Part shown: piece after piece, positions 1 to 6,800 of the stretch
Layout: each line of letters starts with the position of its first letter
Position numbering within the stretch: position 1 is the first letter of the stretch
Origin: a virus
Lineage: Duplodnaviria > Caudoviricetes
Reading direction: 5' to 3' (one strand)
DNA: 32,824 bases
Virus record (IMG/VR): IMGVR_UViG_3300023276_000579
Location: 1-32,824 of that record
Made by a program: the position numbers and the translations under genes
The notes under the pieces: generated by a model
What the model saw: only the letters and a program-made list of their open reading frames with translations
Database searches by the model: none
Told to the model about the DNA's origin: nothing

Positions 1-141
1 ATTCTCTGGTTTTGCATTATACTTTTTTATTTTGTCTTTATTCTTTGCAGCCCATTGCCTCTGGTAATCGGGGTTAGCTTCTCTAAACTTTTGGCAACTT
101 ATGCGTCTATGTTCTTTCTTCTCTTCTTCAGTAAGAGGCAT
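1..141 (-). CDS. 5' part of a hypothetical protein, possibly HNH-endonuclease-type (runs off the window edge)
   Basis: GAAAGGAAG Shine-Dalgarno precedes ATG at 141. The frame is open to the edge: MPLTEEEKKEHRRISCQKFREANPDYQRQWAAKNKDKIKKYNAKPEN. This charged helical pattern often precedes phage HNH domains, but no catalytic motif lies in the window. Confidence 0.6.
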   Translation of the reverse strand, partial: MPLTEEEKKEHRRISCQKFREANPDYQRQWAAKNKDKIKKYNAKPEN

Positions 142-157
142 AAAAACTTCCTTTCAT

Positions 158-199
158 AAAAAAAAAGGCAAGCCAGACACCGTGAATGCCTGACCTGCC
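158..199 (-). terminator. Rho-independent terminator
   Basis: Minus strand reads GGCAGGTCAGGCATT-CAC-GGTGTCTGGCTTGCC followed by a T run, just downstream of the 213..530 stop. Confidence 0.85.
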
Positions 200-212
200 G
201 TGACTGAAAGCA

Positions 213-530
213 CTAGCTTACGCTAACACTAGTGTATTCGCTTGCCGTACCTGCGTTCTGTGTGACATTCTCGGGCATAAGCTCAAGAGCACCCTGAAGG
301 CAGGCGATTGCGGACTGAATCTCAAGCTTGTTGAGGAATGTGATGTTCATATTTGTCCATTTACGTGCTCCACGAGCCTTATAGCCCTTCTGAAGCTGTA
401 CAGAGTGCATAACACCCTTTTCACCCTCATTCTGCCATACTGCTGTCCTGACGCTCTTACAAGATTCGTTACGGAACTCACCAAGTTTAGTTCCATTACC
501 TACTGCTACTGTTCTTTGGTTCTTACTCAT
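213..530 (-). CDS. Small protein, probable PC4/Whirly-like ssDNA-binding fold
   Basis: 105 aa with GAAAGGG SD and its own terminator. The pattern VRTAVWQN..G..HSVQLQKGYK....W.N..F...EI..AI..L resembles small phage PC4-like ssDNA-binding proteins. Confidence 0.55.
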   Translation of the reverse strand: MSKNQRTVAVGNGTKLGEFRNESCKSVRTAVWQNEGEKGVMHSVQLQKGYKARGARKWTNMNITFLNKLEIQSAIACLQGALELMPENVTQNAGTASEYTSVSVS

Positions 531-607
531 TGTGATACCCTTTCAAATGTGCCCATTTCAGGCGTTGATACATTACTCACACACTTCGTTGTGCATGAGG
601 TACTGAA

Positions 608-669
608 GGCTGGGAGCCGGAATCGAACCGGCAGTTGCTAACGAGTGTCCAGACACACTTTAACCCAGC
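608..669 (-). ncRNA. tRNA-like element (acceptor stem plus canonical T-arm, truncated D/anticodon region)
   Basis: Minus strand has GCTGGG...CCCAGC as acceptor-like stem and GCCGG-TTCGATT-CCGGC as T-arm. Only about 30 nt separate them, with one hairpin AGTGT/ACACT. No encoded CCA. Confidence 0.55.
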
Positions 670-730
670 AATAATAAAATAAAACATAACACAATAAAAC
701 AAAGGCAAATGCCAACAAATTAGAAGAGAC

Positions 731-979
731 TTAAGGTAATAAGAAATTATACATAATATCAACCCATGCATCTAACTGGTCTTCTGTGAAAGGTGCAATG
801 GCACTGCATTGAATGGCGGCACACTGAACAGCCCGCCTGAGCTTCGCATACTCAATCTCTTTGAATACATGGCATTCAGTAATAACACACTTAGTTCCAA
901 TAACCACAGGTATGCCCAGTGATGTATATTGCTCACAATCACACTTTTCGTTCGGTCTTATAAATCTTTCCATAACCAT
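731..979 (-). CDS. Hypothetical Cys-rich protein
   Basis: 82-aa ORF with GAAAGGA SD, co-oriented with its neighbours. Confidence 0.65.
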   Translation of the reverse strand: MVMERFIRPNEKCDCEQYTSLGIPVVIGTKCVITECHVFKEIEYAKLRRAVQCAAIQCSAIAPFTEDQLDAWVDIMYNFLLP

Positions 980-1006
980 AATAAATCCTTTCGATATTAC
1001 AATAAT

Positions 1007-1195
1007 TCATTTAATGTGATAGTATGGGTTTTGCTTACGGTCCTTACGTTCACGGTTCTTGCTGGTATTGACGAAGCCCTGACGAGCACCTGCACGGGGC
1101 CCACATTGATTACACAGAGACCACTTAGACTTAGTGTCTCTGCCACACTGTAAACAACACACAATCTCACCTGTTGGATTCGGCTGACATCCCAT
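1007..1195 (-). CDS. Small zinc-finger protein
   Basis: 62 aa, GGAG SD, CLQC...CNQC pair followed by a basic tail. Confidence 0.65.
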   Translation of the reverse strand: MGCQPNPTGEIVCCLQCGRDTKSKWSLCNQCGPRAGARQGFVNTSKNRERKDRKQNPYYHIK

Positions 1196-1290
1196 AATAA
1201 ATACTCCAGATATACAACACTAATTAACGACCCATTCGAACCATATCAAACGCGGCCACTTCCTTACTGTGATATGTATTACCATAACAC

Positions 1291-1362
1291 TCATAAGAGC
1301 ATAACATATACCAAATACAATAACAACACGACCAACAATACAAAAACAATAAAGCGATACAT
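1291..1362 (-). CDS. Putative 23-aa single-pass membrane peptide
   Basis: MYRFIVFVLLVVLLLYLVYVMLL*, preceded by AGGGGTG SD-like sequence. Below the ORF-track size cut-off. Confidence 0.35.
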   Translation of the reverse strand: MYRFIVFVLLVVLLLYLVYVMLL

Positions 1363-1451
1363 GTTACACCCCTACCAAACAAAATAGGTCAATAGTAGTT
1401 AACGCCTTACCTTCTCTTGTTAGCGGTATTAGGCTATTATTTGTTTAAATA

Positions 1452-1485
1452 AGAAAAAAAGAGAGAGATTGCTAGTCTCCCTCTT
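1452..1485 (-). terminator. Rho-independent terminator
   Basis: Minus strand reads GAGGGAGA-CTAGCAA-TCTCTCTC followed by a T run, immediately after the 1496..1675 stop. Confidence 0.75.
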
Positions 1486-1495
1486 GCTCCCTGAG

Positions 1496-1675
1496 CTACT
1501 CGGTCTTGGCTGCGAGGAACTTAGCCGCCTTGTTGACATTCTTGCGTGACAGTCCGAGAATGCCCTTTACGCCGTGCAGTACGGTCTTTATGGGTTTATC
1601 CAGGCCAGTGACGCTTATGCTTACATCCGCACCAAACGCATGTATTCCGAGTGTGTTCTGTGTTTTCATTTCCAT
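1496..1675 (-). CDS. Hypothetical 59-aa basic protein (first leftward gene)
   Basis: GAAAGGAA SD, MEMKTQNTLGIHAFGADVSISVTGLDKPIKTVLHGVKGILGLSRKNVNKAAKFLAAKTE*, followed by a terminator. Not in the supplied ORF track. Confidence 0.75.
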   Translation of the reverse strand: MEMKTQNTLGIHAFGADVSISVTGLDKPIKTVLHGVKGILGLSRKNVNKAAKFLAAKTE

Positions 1676-1701
1676 GATACGTTCCTTTCAAAGAACAAGA
1701 T

Positions 1702-1730
1702 ATAATATTAACACAACAACACCAAGGCAA
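1702..1730 (-). promoter_or_regulatory. Candidate sigma70-type leftward promoter
   Basis: TTGCCT-17 nt-TATTAT on the minus strand, just upstream of the SD of 1496..1675. Confidence 0.35.
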
Positions 1731-1739
1731 AGGCCCCCG

Positions 1740-2380
1740 CCTTGTTTTAAACCCACGAAACGCGAATCCGATAAAGACCGGTACCTTCGCTTGTGTAGTG
1801 ATGTAATCCTCTCTTGCTTATGATTTTGGGGGATTTTGATTTTATGATTCCTTGGTTGCGTGGTTTCATATGCACTTCATATTTTTGTGGGGATGTGGAA
1901 TATGCGTTTTTGGCTTAGAAATGTGGTTGTGTCATGTCAAGGATTGCCGGATTTTGTATGATTTTGCGTAAGGTGTCGCCGTATACAGTAGAAGTAAAGA
2001 AATCGCGGTTTTTTGCATCTTAATGCATGATTTTAATTTTCCGGTTTTCCGTGATTTTGGTTGGAATTTTGTGTGATTTTGGAAGTTTCTGTGAAAGTGC
2101 TGATTTTCGTGGATTTTTGCCCGGTGTGTATTATCGTCTTGCCCGGTGTGTATTTGGATTGGGGCGGTGTTTTTTGTGGGATTTGGTGAAGTTTGTCAAT
2201 ATTTTCGTGTTGGTGGTGGTTTGGGTTGCTTTTAATCTCACGCACAGGGCTTGTATATTCGTCGTCAGTGGCAAAACTCCCGATTTGCGGCTCATTGCCG
2301 GGGTGGGACTTAAATCGGCTCAGATCGGCTTGTATAGAACGTTGTTTTTGGGGTATTTTGGGGATATTCTAAGTGCGGTG
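1740..2380. other. Non-coding G/T-skewed region; candidate genome terminus, packaging site or origin
   Basis: The plus strand switches from A/C-rich to G/T-rich near 1800 and carries about ten GATTTT motifs. Transcription diverges from this interval. Confidence 0.45.
2117..2154 (+). repeat. Perfect 16-bp direct repeat, 22-bp period
   Basis: TTGCCCGGTGTGTATT at 2117-2132 and 2139-2154. Confidence 0.85.
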
Positions 2381-2408
2381 TTGACAATGGGCTGGATTGG
2401 GGTAGAAT
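2381..2408 (+). promoter_or_regulatory. sigma70-type promoter P1
   Basis: TTGACA-16 nt-TAGAAT. Confidence 0.7.
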
Positions 2409-2411
2409 ATG

Positions 2412-2552
2412 TGGTAGAAAGTGACTCTTGGTGAGTTTCTTGCCATTCCTCAAGTCATCGAGGCCCGCAGCTGAAGGTCGGGTATAACGTCAGCCGTGAT
2501 AAGTTCCTTTTGAGATGCCGGTTACAACTCCATAAACCGGCATTTCTTTTTA
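2412..2552 (+). ncRNA. Putative ~135-nt small RNA
   Basis: Lies between promoter P1 and a strong terminator with no credible ORF. It has a 5' hairpin (2412-2445) and a possible pseudoknot (2463-2494). Confidence 0.5.
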
Positions 2553-2555
2553 TTT
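2512..2555 (+). terminator. Rho-independent terminator
   Basis: GAGATGCCGGTT / AACCGGCATTTC 12-bp stem followed by TTTTTATTT. Confidence 0.8.
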
Positions 2556-2566
2556 ACAATTAAATA

Positions 2567-2594
2567 TTGCATTATTCGTATTCTGTGGTATACT
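2567..2594 (+). promoter_or_regulatory. sigma70-type promoter P2 with extended -10
   Basis: TTGCAT-16 nt-TATACT, with TG-N directly before the -10 box. Confidence 0.6.
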
Positions 2595-2600
2595 TTCTTT

Positions 2601-2684
2601 TGTTAGTTTATCCGGTGAATATGAAAATACAAGGCTTCGTGACAAACCTCCTCACCGGGTGGCTGACACACGAGGCCTTTTTTT
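2601..2684 (+). promoter_or_regulatory. Attenuator- or pseudoknot-like leader element
   Basis: Stem 1 is 2601-2618/2652-2668 (17 bp with G-U pairs and one bulge). Stem 2 is 2631-2641/2669-2679 (11 bp) followed by a T run. The two stems cross. Confidence 0.55.
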
Positions 2685-2694
2685 ATTGCCTCCA

Positions 2695-2952
2695 CCCAGT
2701 ATCAGCTCCGGTTGGTACAGAGAAGTAAGTGGCATTCGCTCCATAATGGCGTTGAGCAAGCGAGGATGGCTACTGGGCCTGAAAGCAATCCAGTGAAGTA
2801 CAAGTCCTGATCGATTCGGTATCCGCACTGTCGATTAGGCCGTCGCTTAACAGTATGGGCATCATGGCGAGCATACTGTGGGATTGAAAGCTTGTCGGCT
2901 CCGCTATACTTGATAAAGCTTTACGGTTTCCTCCTTTGGCTAGGGGGAAATC
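2695..2952 (+). ncRNA. Multi-hairpin structured RNA or ssDNA element
   Basis: Back-to-back stems at 2699-2718, 2728-2774, 2806-2839, 2850-2879, 2887-2922 and 2925-2952. Several depend on G-U pairs in the plus-strand orientation. Confidence 0.5.
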
Positions 2953-3064
2953 TGCTTATCTCACCAATACCTTGATAGTATAGTTTATAAGTAACCTACC
3001 AAACACGCAAAGACTTACAGTACAGTATAGATTTAACAGTTAATATTATTATGAAGGGATTATC

Positions 3065-3439
3065 ATGAAGAAAGTTATACTTACCCGCGATATGATCGAA
3101 GCTGGCGTAAGCTACAATGGCTCGTATAACAGCAAGCAAATCAAACAACTCGGCAGTAGAATGCATAAGAATCCCGGATGGTTCGAGAATCTAATTGGAA
3201 AGCCTGTTACTCCTGCTCAGTATGAAGCTTTTCTTGACCTAAAGAATGATCATCTCAAGAAGAAAAAGCGTAACTTACGCACCAAAAGATATGTATACAA
3301 AGGTCAAGACTCATGCCCACTAAGTGCCTGGGCACATGATGGAGACTATCGGGTATGTGTTCTTACTGATGACCAGTGTGACCTCGATAACTGTAAACTT
3401 AAAGAACATGGACGTATAATCGTAGATTGGAGAGGATAA
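3065..3439 (+). CDS. Hypothetical phage protein
   Basis: 124 aa, GAAGGGA SD, LT...IEAG.S..G....Q...LG......GW...LIG pattern and a Cys-containing C-terminus. Coupled to the next gene by TAATG. Confidence 0.75.
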   Translation: MKKVILTRDMIEAGVSYNGSYNSKQIKQLGSRMHKNPGWFENLIGKPVTPAQYEAFLDLKNDHLKKKKRNLRTKRYVYKGQDSCPLSAWAHDGDYRVCVLTDDQCDLDNCKLKEHGRIIVDWRG

Positions 3440-3804
3440 TGGCTAAATCAACCCATGGTATAATGAGAAGAAGACTTCTTCTGGCGGCAGGAGTAGAGAA
3501 GATCACACTTGATGACCTTTATGAGTCTGAATGGAGTCCTCGGTTTGAGCAGTTAATGCGAAACCGTCTGGTTATGGGTTCATTTAGATACGAACTCATG
3601 GAAGAGAAGAAAAAGAGCATTGCCGGTTACGACATGCCTGGCGAAGCACAGCGAAGAATTACAGAATATGTATTAACTGGCAATCTTGAACATCTTGTAG
3701 ATGCGGCAAATATGCTGCTAATCGAATTCGAATGCGGTAATCATCCACTGAGATACTTTGAATCTGTTGATGATGGAATGCATAACGAGAAAGTGAGTGA
3801 ATAG
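3439..3804 (+). CDS. All-alpha MazG-like nucleotide pyrophosphohydrolase-type protein (tentative)
   Basis: Start placed at ATG 3439 (GGAGAGGA SD, TAATG overlap) rather than 3427. Motifs F..LM.NRL.MG.FRY and Y..TGN.EHLVDAAN.L..EF resemble phage dNTP diphosphohydrolase/MazG-like proteins. Confidence 0.5.
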   Translation: MAKSTHGIMRRRLLLAAGVEKITLDDLYESEWSPRFEQLMRNRLVMGSFRYELMEEKKKSIAGYDMPGEAQRRITEYVLTGNLEHLVDAANMLLIEFECGNHPLRYFESVDDGMHNEKVSE

Positions 3805-3805
3805 T

Positions 3806-3847
3806 GAAACAAAAATGAACCCCCGGCAGGATTAGGTCCGGGGATTC
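3806..3847 (-). terminator. Terminator between convergent genes (end of the late operon)
   Basis: GAATCCCCGG / CCGGGGGTTC stem followed by ATTTTTGTTT on the minus strand. Confidence 0.7.
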
Positions 3848-3870
3848 TGACGCAGTAAGGCAGACTGCAA

Positions 3871-6800
3871 TTATCGTTTGTATGTTCTGTTTACATCCAA
3901 TCCAAGGTTTGTCTTCATAATCCCAGTTATCACGTTCTCTTCTCCGCCAAACAGCTCAAACACATTCTTTGCCTGAATCGGAAGAAGCTGTATCGCCTGC
4001 CATGTAGCATATGACGGCAGTTCCGCATGAGACAAAGGGCCACGCTTACCGCTTTTCCACGTTGCAAGCCCTTCTTGACCGATCTTTGAGAATGTGGTCG
4101 GACGCTTATGGTCATACCGAGTGCCGCTTATCAGGTCAGCAATCGGCTTTGCGACCGTTGAACTCTTATGATATGCCATCCGTACCGGATCAAAAGCAAT
4201 CTTAGCAGGGTCAAGGAAGTGACCGAGAGTATTCAGATAGTGGTCTGTTTCCCGATCACCGCCCATTAAGTGTATAAACGGGCTTATATCGGCCTTAAGG
4301 ATGTTAAATTTCCCACGACCTTTGGCTTTTCTCATTCTTTCGGCTATGGAGTCATCATCAATACCGGCCATAAGCAGGTTTATCGCGGTGGTGATAGCAA
4401 GACTTCGACCAATGATCCGCAACCAGAACGCCTGATAAACCTTCCTTTCAAGATCAGTGCCGGCACGATTTGTACCAACGCCATCGATCTTGCCCGTGGG
4501 TTTAAGCCCAGGAACAGCTTTCACAGCAGATATGATATTAGAATATGTCCAGTCAGGACCGAGCAATAACAGCCTCATTACGTCCTGAGCACCCTTCGAT
4601 ACCCCCAACCGACCCATATGCATACCACCGAAGTCAGCATTAGCTAATCCGGCAACAACGCGGTATATCTCTTCTTCCTTGGCCGAATAGAAGTCGTCAA
4701 ACTCAACATCTCCTTTTTGGCCAAATACTTCCCAATTAGCCAGAACATGTTTTGCGATGAATTTCTTGTCTTTAGTTTTCAAATATTCTCTCTCGCTTGC
4801 CTTCTTCTCAATAGTAATCTGCACTCGGTTATTTGTCTGAAGTGCGACAAGCTCATTGAACGCAGTGGCAGTCTTCAGTGAGGATCCAAATATCCCGAAT
4901 AGCTCACCCTGAAGTCTTGATGTCATTGCTTCGAACTTCTTAGCACCCTTACCGACTATCTTGGTAGTCTCACCACGTTTGTGTCCGGCAATGAACTTCT
5001 CGATGCGGGTCTTATTCTGCAGGTTTTCTTTGCCGATATCCTGAACCTGGAACAAGGTCATGCCATAATAGTTCAATGCCATCATCTCAGGCGAGAACTC
5101 CATCATCATGTCCATTCCAGCCTGACGCCGGCTACCATAGTCAAACCGGCTCTTCATCTTGTTCATGACCCCAACCTGATCCTTATAGTCAGCATTCAGT
5201 TCCCCGGCCATGATAGCAGACCAAAGAAGACCACGACGATGAAACATTCCGAAATTAATGCGAATCGCTTTCAGTTTAGCGTTAAGGCTCATAAGCCCCA
5301 TAAGGAATTTGTTATTCCGAAGAGGAGACGTCGCCGTGATCTTGTTGAAGTAGTCTGCAATCTCGTTGGGAGCATATACGTCACGATACTCACCTTCGAT
5401 TGTTGAGCCTTGATGTTTCTTTGATATTTCTTTGGCAGAATCGAAATCCTTTGCCCGGTCAACTATCTTGCCGTCTTTGACGATCTTCAGAGCATAGAGC
5501 TTGCTTCCTGCCGGTTTCAATACTGAATACCCAGACTGAGGTTTCAGAGTGAAGAACTTATCGAACAGATTAGCATGAATCATCTCCTGATTACTCAATG
5601 CTTCGATGGACTGGTTCTGAGCCTCAAGAGCATTGACAAGAAAGTTGTCGAATTTGAGAACCTTTCCTTCTGCAAGATGCGGAACAAGGTTGTCGTATCT
5701 CTTTTCAAGCATCCGGCCTGTAATCTGGCTCATAAGATGCTCCGGAGTCTCTTCGGTCTGTTTCTGAACGAATACGGCGGCATTATAGAGATATTGCTTC
5801 TCACCGGCAAACTTGCTCCGGGAGACGACATCATCGTAGAATGCATCCGACATTTTCTTATAGTCGGTCTTCAGCCACGAATTGAGCTTCTGGCCATACT
5901 CGCCCTCACTGTTTACGATCTCCGCAACCTTGTCCATCGATGCGAGGTAGTTATGGTATTGAGCGAGAGCATAATTCTCGTCATTAGTCAGCTTATCCAT
6001 TGCCGTCAGACGGTCTATGTTCGCTTGTATGGCAGTTCTCTGTGCTTCGATAGTCTCGGCTGGTTTCTCGGAGTTCATAGCGTCAGCGGCAAACCGCATC
6101 GCCCGAGAGTATTCGCCGGCAACACCGCGGGGCTTAGAATCCTGCTTGCCAGAAAGTACGTTCCGTATGATGTCACGCATCTTGTATTCTGGTTTCATGC
6201 CGAATATGTCAAGATAGCTTTTCTCAAGCTTCATTGATTCGATCAGAGCCTTGAGCTTACGCATTCCAGAGATACCGAATAATTGGTCGGCAAAGTCAAT
6301 GTGCGTCAGAGCAGCGGCAACAATCTTCGCTGCTTCATCCCCTGAGACTGACTTCATTGACATATTCAGGTCGATACGCTTCTGTAATCTGCCTATTGCC
6401 TCGTCAACAATTTCCAGATCAGCATCTTGCTCTATACCCTTGACGAGCAGGTCTATATCGCCTTCGTCGCCAGCCTTGTCGCCGTATTGGAGTAGGTTTT
6501 GCAATTCAAATAGAGCATGTAGCGTCTTCTGCTTTGCCGCTTTATTGATGCCCGGCCTAGCTGGATCGCCAGTCCCCATTGCTTCTTTCATAAATCTATA
6601 ATTTGCCATCGTTCTTCTCTTGCCAGAAGAGAGAATATCCAGCAGTTTCTTCACTTCAGGAGAAGACACGCCAAGAGTATTCTCGAAAGCAACCGCTTCG
6701 GCACCTTCTTTACCATGCGTTCTGCCAAGGAAGTCGTTAAGTGTATTGTCAAGTAATTCAGCGATAGTCATCTCGGTATACTGTCGCGATGCCGCCGCAG

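Noticed and set aside
608-669. Functional canonical tRNA gene or attP site
   Set aside because: It is too short, has no D-arm or 7-nt anticodon loop, and no integrase is in the window. Retained only as a tRNA-like element.
1800-2400. CRISPR array or mini-array
   Set aside because: Only one 16-bp repeat pair with a 6-nt gap; no repeat-spacer periodicity and no cas genes.
2027-2434. 135-aa plus-strand ORF and 70-aa minus-strand ORF
   Set aside because: Both appear to be by-products of the G/T-skewed low-complexity sequence, have no convincing SD, and the longer one runs over promoter P1.
5575-6237. 220-aa plus-strand ORF and other antisense ORFs within the giant gene
   Set aside because: Shadow frames of a long coding sequence, with no SD, motif or operon context.
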